Assembly (NCBI GenBank): GCA_904063045.1
Contig: CAJFCJ010000007.1
Coordinates: 4,347,404 to 4,411,403 of the forward strand
Direction: 5' to 3'
DNA from: Dimorphilus gyrociliatus
Taxonomy: Eukaryota; Animalia; Annelida
DNA: 64,000 nt
A program made the position numbers and the translations under genes. Numbering within the stretch: position 1 is the stretch's first letter; each line of letters opens with the position of its first letter. The notes beneath the pieces are model-generated. The model was not told where the DNA came from. It searched no databases and was given only the letters and a program-made list of their open reading frames with translations. Below are positions 13,434 through 27,200 of this stretch, one piece after another.

Positions 13434-16400
13434 TCCTCTCCCTTTCTCTTTCTCTCTCTCCTTGGCAGTTTGTCATCTATATGTGGATTTACAAATGCTT
13501 TCCTTATTCAATCTCTCTTCTTTTATTCTCTTATTTTTAAAAAGAAAATTAGCGTCTCTTCTATAACTATTCCTTCTCTCCTTTCTAATTAACATCATAC
13601 TTTTCCTTCTTTTTTTATCTTTCTTTATATTTTGACAGATGGATCAATAAGACGTCTCTTTTACCCCAAAAAAAAAAATTGATATTTTTTTATGTACATT
13701 CTAAGCATTAGTTTAAAAGCTACGTGTTCTATCAAATCGTACATATCGATATATTCGTTGAAGCGGACAATTTTCGTTTGTTTTCTCTCGTTTTTTTAAA
13801 TATTCTGCTTTTCTCTTTTTTCATTTAAGTAAAAGACTGAATTTTTTCGATTTTGGCCCTTTTCTTTTTAACTATTTCTATTCGATTGTCGAACGTCAAA
13901 CATACTAAAACATAAAATTCAGTATGAACAATTCAAAAACAAAAATCGATAGAGAAATGAGGTGCCACTTTCTCAGATGTTTTCTTTCAGTCAAGAAGGA
14001 TGAGCGAACAAATGCTCTATTCCTTCATCATTATAAAGAAGAGGAAAAACAAGACTAATGACTCGAAACGAGTATTTTTCGGTGGCGTACAGCCGAGTAT
14101 ATTCCTTACAGTCAATAAAGGCTTATCCATTCAAATGGCTTTTTTTTTCCACTTGTAACTATAATAAGAGTAGTAATGATAGTACAAGCAATAGTAGTTG
14201 TAGTAGGAGCAGTAGTAATATTGGTATTAGTAAAAGATTGCCTTAAATACAAATATCAATAATTATGGCATAAATAGAAACATTTAATTAAAAGTAATTT
14301 ACTGACCTAGAAATTTTTACAAAATGTAAAGAATAGTATACTGTCTACAAAATAGAAGTATTTCTTAAGGATTTTTCAATAAGCCCAAAGACATAAAATG
14401 CTCTTTTTACTCTTATACTTGAAGGAAGAGAAAAAAAAACCGTCCATGTGACGTTAAACATCTATATATAGGCTTAACCGTATAGAGTGTGAAAAAAACA
14501 GAATTTTTACCAAGCTCTCTGTGTTCATGTTGTAATTAGTTGATAACTCCTTTCCTCTTGCCAATGTCCGCTGAATCTTTTTTTATTATCAAAATCTATA
14601 AATATCTATAAAGGAATGTTTGATGGACGGAGAAGATAGTCCAACAAAAAACAGAAAGAAGAAAATTTACATCTAAGAATGATTAATTGAACCTTAAAAG
14701 AAGAAAACAAAACATTAGTCTTATTTTTCCTTTTTTCCTTTTCCAATCGTAATTCGAGTTTCCCCTTCATTATCCGATCCTTTCATTAATAATCAACGGC
14801 ATTATGAAACTGTGGAGGATTATAAATTTCTCCCTACAGTTAGATTGTTAAATAATACCATGTTGGATAGTTGAATATTATATATTATGTAAAGAACATT
14901 AAACAGTCGGAGAAAATACAGGGAATGACAAGAATATATATAGTATATGTACATATTTAAACATAAATAGATATAAAGGGGAATGGGAGCTAGGAAGAAA
15001 GAAAGAGGGAAAGAAAGAAAGAAAGAAAGGGAATAGAACCAAAATAGAGACAGAGAGAACTTTGAAAATACTATAGAACAGAAAGAGATAAAAAAATCTA
15101 ATTTCCATGTCGAATAGTTGGGTTAATTTAAAGGAAGAAAAAACCTCATTTTAGAAATAAATTGTTAAATTAACTGCGTAATTAATAGTCATCTTTTTCA
15201 TCTATTTTTTTTATAATTTCGTTTTGTTCTTTTGTTTTCTTATTAAAATAATCTTTTTTCTCTCTCTTAATAATCTCTCATAGGCGGATAAGCAAATAAA
15301 AGCCAACATAAGCGTTAAATCGACCTTACCTATTGTGAGGGATCCCAATAGGACTTTAGAGAAACCTATGGGCTTGGTTTTATTAACTTGGAGATCGGAA
15401 ACAAAAAGATCTACCCTACCAAATGAGGTGACGTCGTTAGATACGGTTAAAGCACTTTTTGTTCGGTCGTTTTCGGATACGTTGAGCATGTCACCAAGTT
15501 GCTGGCTAACTAGGAAAATCTATATATTAGATGATGCAACTAACGTTTATTATGAATTAGAGAATGTTCAAGATGTTAAGGACCGTAGCGTATTAAAAGT
15601 TGTTGAATCGACTTCCAGTTGTCAAACAGTCTGCTCATCAACATCGCCAACAAGTTCTAGATCGGGAAGTGCAACACCTACATCTGGTATAGAAACTCAA
15701 AATAGAATGGCTAGTATGGAGGCTCAATTGGCTAACTTAACAGCCTGGGTTCAAACGGCTGTAACTAAGGACAGATCACCTGGTAGTTCAATTGCTTCAG
15801 ATGAATCCCCTCAGCCTATGCAGGTAATTAGCTATACAATTTTTTCCAGGCCTATCCTATCTGTTCTAGATAAGAGCCATAGAAATTTCATCATTTTACT
15901 CAATCCCCTTTCCCCCAAATGAATGTAATATTTTTTCTTTAATTTATGTCCTTAAGAAATGGCATTGGCCTTACTTCTTTATTATAGTAAACTGAAAAAA
16001 TCTTTTCATCTCTTGTTTACGACGTATTCTCATTTCCTAAAGCAAAACAACGGTTTAAGGACGATGAAGAACATCTTACATGCCGTAAAAACCCTGCAGA
16101 ATGAACAGAAACAATTAAGAAGAATTCATTTAACTAATGCAAACGATCTTCGTGAAGGCATTTTTGAATCATTCAAAAAGTTCAAAGAATTTGTAGAATC
16201 TTATCAAAAGTCAATTCGAAATGTGCCGTCCAATCCTTCTTCCTTCGTTGATGAAATTCTCAATCTCGAAAGATTTGTCGAACGTTTAAAGAGAGAAGTC
16301 GACGAGCACGATTGTTCTTCTGACGATTGTGATATAACAACAATTGGTTATTCGTTGGCAAGCGTCTCCAAGAGGCTCTGTCATATACGTCAAACATTTA

Positions 16401-16774
16401 GCGTTCAGAATATTCAAGAGGAGACGACACCCGATTCGTCTACAAAATCCTGCAAAGGGCATGTGACTTTTAATCCCGCTGTCACTGAAATTAGTCAAGA
16501 GGGTTCAGTTGTTGAATGGCGAGTGCTAAGGAAAGTACCGCCTCCTCCGCCCCCAAGGCGAACATCAAAACTAATGAGTGAAGAAGAGAACGAATCCTTG
16601 TATTCAACTGTTAAAAAACGGACTCCACCTGCTGTTCCTGAAAAGAACGAAGAGCTGCTCAATCAAATTTATCATCAGAATTACCATAAAGTGAAAAAAG
16701 CAAATGCTAATTTAAATGTTGATAAGCAAATCGTAAACAATGATAAAAACTATTCAGAGACCGAAATATTCTAA
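10315..16774 (+). CDS. SRCIN1/p140Cap / KIAA1217 (sickle tail)-like AIP3-domain coiled-coil adaptor. Exons 10315-10318, 12247-12336, 12552-12676, 15284-15823, 16043-16774
   Basis: STLPIVR...KPMGLVLLTWRSETKR...SLDTVKALF...KIYILDDATNVYYELENVQDVKDRSVLKV matches the family core recalled from SRCIN1 (GVLFLQFGEETRR...VFYELEDVRDIQDRSIIKI). N-terminal ERRRHTV, a coiled coil and a C-terminal PPPPPPRR are also family-like. GT-AG junctions are phase-consistent (1,1,0,0). The last two exons are firm; the first three are inferred. Confidence 0.82.
13009..13053 (+). CDS. Candidate alternative first (or cassette) exon of the SRCIN1-like gene, MSVLTACCCSRKMSE
   Basis: ATG at 13009, open to GAG|GTAAAA at 13054, phase 0, which matches the acceptor at 15284. 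A GC-richer upstream stretch carries an Inr-like TCAGTA. Confidence 0.4.
13387..13430. repeat. (TC)22 microsatellite
   Basis: Direct reading of the sequence. Confidence 0.95.
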
Positions 16775-17066
16775 GTTTCGTTAAAAAAAATACAAATATT
16801 TTATTATTATAACAAATATGTATTTCGTTTTTTATTCATCTATCCAACGACAGCGACATCTATTAACATCCGCTGTATGTATTGATGTTGCTTGTCGCTT
16901 TCCTTCCTCTTCTAGATCTTTGACGAGAGGGTGAAGGAAATTGCAAACTTTAGGATTGTAGATAATCAATCGTGCTTTTTTCCACTATTTCCTTAAACAT
17001 TGATATTTTTGTTACCCTCTGAAGAGGCGATAGATGTCGCCACGAGTCTTTTTCTTAGGATAGAAC

Positions 17067-17116
<50 letters not shown>

Positions 17117-18291
17117 AAACAGACAGGAAGGGAGTTAGCAGAGAAGATTGTTGATTTAATTAGTGTCCATTGTGTACATATAAACGTCTAAATCAATTAA
17201 AAAAAAACAAGAAGAGGATCTTGCAATCTAGAATTATGTAAATTAAATCCAAGTTAATAAATAGCATGTAAACCAATAGCAACAAAAATATTTTCAGGTT
17301 TTAACATCATCTGAAAGAATTATTATATACGTTAGCCGATTATGACAATACTTTCACTTACTCTCCCGCTCTTATTCTTTTCCTGTGTTTCCCATGCCCT
17401 CTCTATTTCTCTTTATTATTCTAAAAGCAGCTTCTAGGACCAAAGGGAAAAAAACATAGGAGGAGGAGAAGACTGGGAATGCAGCGTTGAGTGAAAGGTG
17501 AATTAATAATACAAGGGACTCAAAGGCGAGAAAATGAAAGAGAATGAGAGGGAGGGGGGAAGAGAGAGAGAGAGAGAGAAAACGAATAAAAGAAAGCTTG
17601 TAAAATGTTACAAATTATGATATTGACAAATTAAGTGGAATTATGATCGATTTATATGAAAATTTCATTGAAATTTACGCTAAAAACATCTTATATCGAT
17701 CAATGAATTTATAAAAAACTTTTTTAAAGCACAACTTGACCTCACCACGCCTTTTCCCTCCCCCTTCTCCCCCAATATACAGTATAAATTATATACATGT
17801 TTTAACACTTAAAGAATTATATTGTGAAGGGTAATTTAACATAGATATAACACAATCTATAATACTCTTTCTGTGCATTATATTAGCTTGTCCTCTCCAT
17901 CTTTATCATACTACAATGCCATCTACTGTGAATTTGACTATACCATTTTTCTGATTCCACCAACGTCAGTAAAATCTGTATCATAATGATTAAATTGAAT
18001 ATTTGACTTGCTTATGACTTAGTCATGCTTTTCCTTCAAGGTTATAGGTAAGGAGGTTCCTAATGTTACACCTAATCCGATTGAAATATATTTCCAATTG
18101 TAGAAATATAAATAAAATAAGAAGAAGAGTTGTTTATTTAATTGGATGAAATATTATCTTAATTTGAATATGATGAGTTAATGGTTAAACCTAAAGCATA
18201 TAAACCGCACGTTATTACGTATATTATTGGTTTTTAAAGTAATTAGTTTGTTCTCATTTCTCTCTTTCTTTCGCTCGCCATGCGTCTCTCT

Positions 18292-18328
18292 CTTCTTCTT
18301 CTTCTTCTTCTTCTTCTTCTTCTTCTTC
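18292..18328. repeat. (CTT)n trinucleotide microsatellite
   Basis: Direct reading of the sequence. Confidence 0.95.
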
Positions 18329-18812
18329 CATCTATATAGTTTTTAGTATTTACAACATACGGTATATTAGTTTCGAATAGTTAATTTTGAAAAATATATA
18401 AGAAACGTGTAGCGTATCTTATCGCTTCCTATAGAAAACAGAAATATATTATTTTAAAAGATAAAGCCGTCTATATAACTTATTTGGAGTAAACAAGTTC
18501 TCTATTTTTATTCACTTATTGTGATTTTTAGCCTAATATCTACACAATTGTTACTTTTGAACGTCATTCATGTATCTCTTTTTAATTCAAGTAACAAAAC
18601 AATTGTTAATAAATATTTTCTATTATGATCGTAAATTTACACAAGCTAATGACTACCTTATAATATCTATTTTCAATCTTTATGAAATAGGCCTTTACGA
18701 TCAATAATATAAAAAAAAGAAGGCGAAGCGGGGACTTGATCAAACCAATTAAGCTTCACGGCGTTCCGCTAGGCGTCACTGCCTATCTTTCCACTACAGG
18801 CGGCAATCAGTC

Positions 18813-19726
18813 ATGACTAACAACTCCTTGAACGACACCCAGAAATGGGAATGCGTCTGGTTGAGGTTACATATAAATATAGTAGTTATCGGTGCAACGA
18901 GTGTACTCGGAATTATCGGAAATATGGCAGCTTTCTACATCTTAGGAAGAGATAACCTAAGCCCCGTTGCATCTTTCTTGCTACGGGTCTTGGCTATAGT
19001 GGACAATTCATGCTTAATTCTGGCGTTTATTCATATACTTGTTCGGGACATCCTTTACGTTGCTACTGAAGATTTTCAAGTACACTCCAAAGATTTGAGT
19101 TGGGCCTACTTTAGAAACTATACCTATCCATTGCTATTCGTCAGTCAAATGGCTACCATGTATATGACGGTATTAATTGCCGTTTCCAGGTTTGTCGCTG
19201 TAAAAACACCTTATAAAGCAGCTGAATGGTTCAGCATGAGAAATACCAAAATATTAACGGTTATAGTTTTATTATTCAGGGATGTCGAGTATTAAAGTAT
19301 TTAATAATAGTAAAAATATTGAATCTCTAAACTTTTTTCCGTTCTCTTTCAATCTCTTTTTTTTATCTTTCTCTCTCCTTCTCTCTCTCTTCTCTGTCTC
19401 CACTTAATATTTTTCATCTTTTCCTTTCTCTGTCTAAATGTCTAGCTGTCTCTCTCCCACCCTCCTTTATTTTTCTTTTCTAAATCCATAAGACTTAAGT
19501 GTGAATACCTTTCTTAACCATTTTTTTTTCCTTTTTTTTTTTACACCACTCACAAATTATTGATTCTCTCCTTCAATGATTAACGATTTATGTTAAAAAT
19601 CAGGCAGTTTTTTTTTATTTATAGCAATAAAGTATATATAAATATGTAAAGATACATAAAATATATTTTATATTAAAGGTAAAAGTGTTTTTTCTCTGTT
19701 TATATGATATAAAAAGAGAAAAAAGA

Positions 19727-19778
<52 letters not shown>

Positions 19779-21765
19779 TTCTCTCTTAACTTTTACAGAT
19801 AAAAGTATTAATTATAGAAAAATAAGCTAGTTTTTTTAAAAAAAAAAAGTAACAGAAAAATTATTATTTTCTTTTTATTGTTATACTTTACATAGAATTA
19901 TTACTATTTACATAAGAAACATTCCAGTTCCATATGTAAATATATGCCAAAAGTAAAAGTTTAATTAATAATGATAACAATAGTAATAAGACAACAGCTT
20001 ACTTTTGAAATTAGTTACATAATATTAATAACTTTTATTCAATTGTAATAATTTAATATACATATACTAATACTTTATAAACTGTCTAATTAATCTGTAA
20101 GTTCTAATCTCTTGAACTCCATCTTTGTTTTAATAAAAAGAATAAAACCATAACAGCCAAAAAATAAAATAACAAGATGAGTGAGGAAGGAAAACAGACG
20201 AAAGATAAAAAAGAAATAACGGGTATAAATGACTCTTTTTTAAAAGACTTTGACATATTCTTCCATCAGCCTTTTGTTCTTTGTCTTTGATTTTCCTCTT
20301 GACAAAAAAATTGAGTATAATAAAAGATTTGGCAACTGTAGGGTTCAAATCTAGGTTTTTCTTTGATGCTATCTCTTTGTTCTAGAGAGCATTTAATTCT
20401 TCTCTTTTTTATTATACAATATGTACGTTTCAAGAATAAAGACCTTAGATATATTCAGTATATATACTGTATATATAGTATATGCTATAAACGTTTAGGA
20501 ATTATCAACAAACCCTTTTAAAGGCTTATTAAAGAAGATTTAATAGTTTTTGTAAGAAAGCAAATAGTGAGGTAAAGTGGGTGGTAAAGGGTCGATAATA
20601 CTTATTGAAAGTTTTCTCCCTATCAAATTAGTTGCTAATGTGACGATTGTCAAAGTCTTTTTATTAAATTATTGGAATGTTTTTATAAAAAAAAAACCGA
20701 GTGATCATTTTACAATTAATAATTTCGTTATGTTAGCTTCTCTCCCTTAACGATAAGTTTATTCTCTGTATAGAAAAAATTTTCTATCATTTTTACCCCT
20801 TTCATGTCTTCAACTAATAATTAACAAAAAATTACTATAACATTTATGTTTAGTTGACATACTTATCTAAAACTGATGAGCAGGACAGGAGAAATAACGG
20901 AAGCTCATGCTTCCTAAATTAAGTATATACATATAGATCTCTAATCCCTTCACTCATCTTCTCCTTTTACTTTTTTTTCTCTTTTAAAGCACTGAGTAGT
21001 TCTATAATGATCTTGGATAGTATTTTATAAAACCATATCTTTATTGTAAAAACATAAATTGATCCAAATAGTGAATAATTTTTATCGTTATATGCACAAT
21101 ATATATATATATATATATATACTCCTGTTTCTCGCGAACAGACAAAAAAGACAGCACGTTTATATATTTCATTTTATGATCTTGAAAATATCATATGACC
21201 TATTTTCCTTTTTGAATGGAAAAGATAAAATAGATAGAAAGTTATTGAAGGAGAGCGTGATTGTATATATATATATACATATATATATTTGCGTGTGTGT
21301 GGGGGGGGGAGGGAGTGAAGGAGAGAGAGAGAGAGAGGGGGAGGGGGGGAATAACGATTTCATAACAATTAGGATTCTTTTTATTTCCCTCTTCTTTCCT
21401 TACTCTCCCATTTTCTAAGTTGAATTAATTAATTATCTCACTACAACTGCTTTTAAATACTTCATATTGTAGAAAAATTTGAAAGTATTTTATACAAAAT
21501 ATAGAAATCTTATTGAATTTCTAAAGACATAATGGGGATTGATTTGTATGGGATGGGAAGTCTTTTGATTTTTCATTGTAATATCTCTTATATTTGGTTT
21601 GCGTATTTTAAGCATAAGTATAAAATATTATTGAAAGATTTGTATACCTTTACAAGAAAAGATAAGAATTAGAAAGTGAGAAGGAGGGAGAATATAGAGA
21701 GAGAATATAAGAAGACAGGGAAGAGATGAAGTAAAGAGGAACAAGATAGGGAAAAAAATCTATAA

Positions 21766-21802
<37 letters not shown>

Positions 21803-24162
21803 CAGCATATATGTATATATATTTATATAGATTTGTGGAAAAGCAATTATCTATTTATGTTTAAACTATATAATTGATAGGAGATCCAAGGAAAAAACAG
21901 AGATTTTAAATAGAATCACTGCTCTCCTCTTGAACGTCGTTTGTGCTGAAGAGAAGAGTGAATAACTACTGTAATAAATTATCGACCTCCCTGTTTAAAA
22001 ATAATAGTTTCTTTTATAATGTGCCACGATTTTTTCACATAAAAATATCGGTAGATGGACGATATGATAAATGGCTTGTAGCAAATGAAATGTATGCGAA
22101 AATTTATGGAAATGTATTATACTCGGTATTCAGCTTTGTTCTGCCACTTCTGCTGCTAATTGTTTTTAACGTTCAATTAATGATTGCATATAGAAAAGTT
22201 ATACAAAGAAGAGCCGCTATTAAGGGCAACAAGGCAGTATGATTTTTGTCATATATTTAATATATAAGATATATAGATTTTTCCCTTTCCTAATGAAGAC
22301 TTCCCTCTATCTTCTATTCTCTTATTCTCTTCGTCTATTTTACACTTCAGCATAGAAATATTTTATATTATTAGGTTACTTTTAATTCAGGTTTTGCAGT
22401 GTATTTGAAAACTCTGAGACAATTTTTCTTTGGTGTAGTATTACTACTACTACCTATACATACAGTTAGATTTTTACATGTATGTATATAGTTGTAATAG
22501 TAGTGAGTTTCCGCTATATTTATCGTTATTCTCGAGTTAAAACGATTATATTGGTAGCAAATATCCAAAGCAGGTGTTTATGACATGTTACTTATATTTA
22601 TTTTAATAAAAGATAAAAAGAAACAGACAGACAAAACTAATAAAGAAACCTGTAAACAAAATAATCATCTTTTCCTAAAGATTAGGTAACATATAAAAAA
22701 AATAAAGAGAGAAAAGGAGAGCAATTAAAAAATTGGAAATCGATTTAATTAATCAAATANNNNNNNNNNNNNNNNNNNNNNNNNNNNNNNNNNNNNNNNN
22801 NNNNNNNNNNNNNNNNNNNNNNNNNNNNNNNNNNNNNNNNNNNNNNNNNNNNNNNNNNNNNNNNNNNNNNNNNNNNNNNNNNNNNNNNNNNNNNNNNNNN
22901 NNNNNNNNNNNNNNNNNNNNNNNNNNNNNNNNNNNNNNNNNNNNNNNNNNNNNNNNNNNNNNNNNNNNNNNNNNNNNNNNNNNNNNNNNNNNNNNNNNNN
23001 NNNNNNNNNNNNNNNNNNNNNNNNNNNNNNNNNNNNNNNNNNNNNNNNNNNNNNNNNNNNNNNNNNNNNNNNNNNNNNNNNNNNNNNNNNNNNNNNNNNN
23101 NNNNNNNNNNNNNNNNNNNNNNNNNNNNNNNNNNNNNNNNNNNNNNNNNNNNNNNNNNNNNNNNNNNNNNNNNNNNNNNNNNNNNNNNNNNNNNNNNNNN
23201 NNNNNNNNNNNNNNNNNNNNNNNNNNNNNNNNNNNNNNNNNNNNNNNNNNNNNNNNNNNNNNNNNNNNNNNNNNNNNNNNNNNNNNNNNNNNNNNNNNNN
23301 NNNNNNNNNNNNNNNNNNNNNNNNNNNNNNNNNNNNNNNNNNNNNNNNNNNNNNNNNNNNNNNNNNNNNNNNNNNNNNNNNNNNNNNNNNNNNNNNNNNN
23401 NNNNNNNNNNNNNNNNNNNNNNNNNNNNNNNNNNNNNNNNNNNNNNNNNNNNNNNNNNNNNNNNNNNNNNNNNNNNNNNNNNNNNNNNNNNNNNNNNNNN
23501 NNNNNNNNNNNNNNNNNNNNNNNNNNNNNNNNNNNNNNNNNNNNNNNNNNNNNNNNNNNNNNNNNNNNNNNNNNNNNNNNNTTGAGATGTCTTAAATGTT
23601 AATTTTTATGATGGATTACGCAGAAATAATATTACAAGCTGACAAATCTTAATGAGTAGTCGAACGACTTTTAAAGCGTGTATTCAAAGGGCGATGGGGA
23701 AAAAGAATGAAAGACGGAGACAATTAGAGATAAAGATATAACGTTGTTTATATACTGTATACTATATTATTATGATTCTTTTTTATAATATTAACTATTC
23801 GTGCAAAAATCACACTGCCATTTTACTAAAAGGAATGTAATCATGAGCAAAACATAACTCTTATCATGATAATTGTTATATTAATATTCATCGTCTGCAA
23901 CGCTCCAGCTCGTATTCTCCAAACTGTATACAATTATCGAGTAAAATCATGTACAATAATCTGGTGGGTCATAGAGTTTGCAACAGCTTTAGAAGTATTT
24001 AACTCGGCCGTTAACTTTCTTATCTATTGCGCATTTAGGGCTAACTTTAGACAAATTTTATTGGATATTATACTATTTAGAAAGTCTACAGCAAAGAAGA
24101 AAGTTGATGAGACAAGTCGGAAGCGTCTGCTCGATGGAAAAACAACGGATACGGAAGTTTAA
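18813..24162 (+). CDS. Class A (rhodopsin-like) neuropeptide GPCR, FMRFamide-receptor-like, about 341 aa. Exons 18813-19279, 22008-22236, 23833-24162
   Basis: Seven hydrophobic segments: TM1 GIIGN, TM2 LAIVD, TM3 SRF at the DRY position, TM4 FFYNVPRFF, TM5 FVLPLLLL, TM6 VCNAP, TM7 NSAVNFLIY. C-terminus DTEV is a class I PDZ ligand. Intron 1 donor is anomalous (see findings). Confidence 0.9.
22760..23581. other. Assembly gap (822 N) within GPCR intron 2
   Basis: Run of N. The 22733..23602 ORF is an artefact of it. Confidence 1.
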
Positions 24163-24189
24163 CAGATAGTTTACATATATATGGATGTT

Positions 24190-24221
24190 TATGTATGTAT
24201 GTATGTATGTATGTATGTATG
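24190..24221. repeat. (TATG)8 tetranucleotide microsatellite just downstream of the GPCR stop codon
   Basis: Direct reading of the sequence. Confidence 0.9.
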
Positions 24222-27200
24222 TTTGTAAGTATGTACGTATATATATGCATATATAACTTATCTACTTTATTTAATTGTTTTCTTTTTTTATTTTTAAATG
24301 TTTTGTATTTAGCTAATTAAAAAAGAGAAGAAAACAAAAAGAAATTAAAAAGAAGGGAAGCTTAATTATTATAATTTATGCATAAAATAGTAGATAATAT
24401 TCATAAATAATATGTATATGCCTATAAAAAATCACTCATTGTCATAATATTTTTCCATATTATTTTTTTTTGGAAAATACTTAGAGAAACATCTATACCG
24501 TATTCTATTTATGTACATATACTTATAACCTATAAATTATATGTATATTTGTACGTAACAAAATCATCGTAATTGTGAAGGGCTAATGTCGTCATAAATA
24601 TAATAATAATAAATAAAAAAAAGAGGACTTCCTGTAAATATAAATCATAAAAAATTAGTTTGTTCATTTATACATGTACTATACATATATAATGTATATA
24701 GAATATTAAGATATTGTTATCTTTCTTCCCTATAAAATTATCTGAAGCCTATTAAAGGATAAGAAAAAATCCCTATTTAGTTTTGTTCACATGACCAAAG
24801 GGTTAAAAAAAATGCAATAATAAAAATAGATACAAAGCAGAGAAAAGCTATCCTTATATAACTATATATATAAAACCTTCCTTTCCTATCAAATAGATGT
24901 TTTCCCTTCCCTCCTTTCCCCCTACCCCCATGCCCTTACCCTAATTTCGTTTTAGTAGTACAAAACAAGTTAGTGTATTGTTTTTAGAGTGCTAATTTAA
25001 ACAAATTATTACCGTTAATAAAATTTTTTATTCTTCAATTTAGCTCTTATTTCTCCCTTTTATACTTTCTCTAGTTTTTTTTGTCTTCTTTTAGCTGTAT
25101 CTTAAACACCTGTATAGTAAATATACATTTATATTTATATTTACAGTATATACAGTGTATTTATTTTTCCCTATATATAAATGAAACAAATAGAGAGCTT
25201 TTAATTATTTTTTCCAAGTATTAATCAATACTATATGACCTGTTTAATAATTTATTAAATAATATCCCTTTATAAATATTCATAAATGAATAATGTTGCT
25301 AATTATGTTTTAGTCTTTAATAATTTATATATTAATAATTTAAATATTTAGTTATCAATAGACTTTTTTAAACTAATAATAATAACTAATATATGCAGTA
25401 TATATATATATATTTTTTTTATTTTCACTTAAATGTAACCCTCTAGGCGTAATTCTAGCTTTAAGTTACTGGAAATTTTATACTTTTACCTCCAGCTACA
25501 ATTTACAAATTATATTTTCAGTATGTTCTTTTTTTTTGTAAACTTATTTTGCCATCTTGTCAATTTATTTTAATAGGAGAGAAAGAAAGTTGTAATAAAG
25601 GAAAGAGAGGGGAGGTGGAAGATAAAACAGAGAGGTAATACGTCTATGCAGAGTCAGAAATAAAGAAAGAAAGAAAAAAAAAAAGAGAGAGAGAGAGAGT
25701 AAAGGGAGCAAAATGAAACGAAAAAATAAGGAAAATTAATGGCAAGGGTCATAAACATGTTCCTTTTTCTCTCGTTCCTTCTCCTTCTATCATCACCCCT
25801 TCTTCTCTCTTTATGATTTCAACAGTACACATAGTTTTGTTCCTGTTATAAGGTGTAGGTATGACATATAAATGATTAATTGTCATCATAAGAAATTCTT
25901 TGCAAGCTTTTCTCCTTCATTTCATTTCTCTCAGCGATATCCTTTATATCCATATTACTTTGTCAGGAAGAAATAAACAGGACAAAGCTCTCTTTTCCCT
26001 TTCTAGCGCTGTTTATTTTAAGGTTAAAGGTCATCTATCTCTAGTCTATTACTCGTTTCCTTAGCATCTGAGCAGAGGTTTATTTTAATTCAATTTCTTT
26101 CTCTTTCCCACATTTTCTCTCGTACCTCTTTTCTCCTTCTGCTTTTGTTCCATTTGCTTTAGCTAATAATTTTTTAGGTCTATACAACATATTTCGCGGA
26201 AACAGGTTCAACCTTTTCTTTCTTATTTTTTCTTTCCATGCCAAAAGTTTCCTTGTAAGGTTAAAGGTTATATAGTTTCTAATGGCGATCTATCATCAAG
26301 ATAAGAACTCGTTGAATTTTCTCCCTCTCCCACCTTTTCCTTTCCCTTCATTTTCCTACTTCATTTTCAAATGTATTTTTAGTCAACCTTGAAGCTATTT
26401 ATTATGAGCTGTTGTTCAACGTTCACTATCTTTTTATAGTATCTATTTCCAGGCGAAAGAATTCTACTTTTCTATCTTCTCCAAATTGTGTACCACTTCA
26501 TTTAATTTGGCTCGTAATTGAGTTTAACCAAATTTCTCATTAAGATTTAGTAATTCTAAATCACAGTTTGTTTATTATCTTCGTAGGAAAGTTTTATTTT
26601 AAATAAACTCTTTGTTTTCTATATTTTACAAATTGTAAAAAGTATAGGACAAAAGAGAAGAGTATACAATATACAGTATATACTGCATATAGAGTTTATA
26701 GGAATATACAGTATATTGTTAACGTACTACGCATACTACTATAGTTTAATAACTTTTCTCCTATATTTAGTAGACTAAAGTTGGTTATCTTTTCTCCCAT
26801 CTTTTCAATTTTGTTTGTTTACATCCGAAGAATTTTCCGATATGAATCATACAATCTCCCTGACAAAATACTTCCCATTTCCTCATTTACTAAAGGGACT
26901 CTTTTCCTAACAAATAATTAAATGTATTCTTTTACTATACATATGTTTATTAATATACATGTGTATAACACAAATATATACATATATAAATTTATATATA
27001 TATATATATATTAGTGTATATTTAGACACGGCTCATCTTTCCAATTTCCTATTATTAATTAATCTTTATTAAGTAATTATTAGAGATTTTCTAATTAAGG
27101 ATAATCACCTTCATTTCGCAAAGTGAATAAACAAATACTGTAGATACGGTAAAATTCCATTCTATCCTCGATCGATTCAATCATTGAACTTTTTCCAATA

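Noticed and set aside
7128-13592. ORFs rich in SLSL, YIYI or ERER repeats (also near 17000, 21059, 33330, 36638, 56172)
   Set aside because: Translations of CT, TA and AG microsatellites, which lack stop codons.
14625-14643. TGGACGGAGAA, matching the 5' half of miR-184
   Set aside because: The match stops after 11 nt and there is no complementary arm to form a precursor hairpin.
22733-23602. 289-aa ORF
   Set aside because: Made almost entirely of the N gap.
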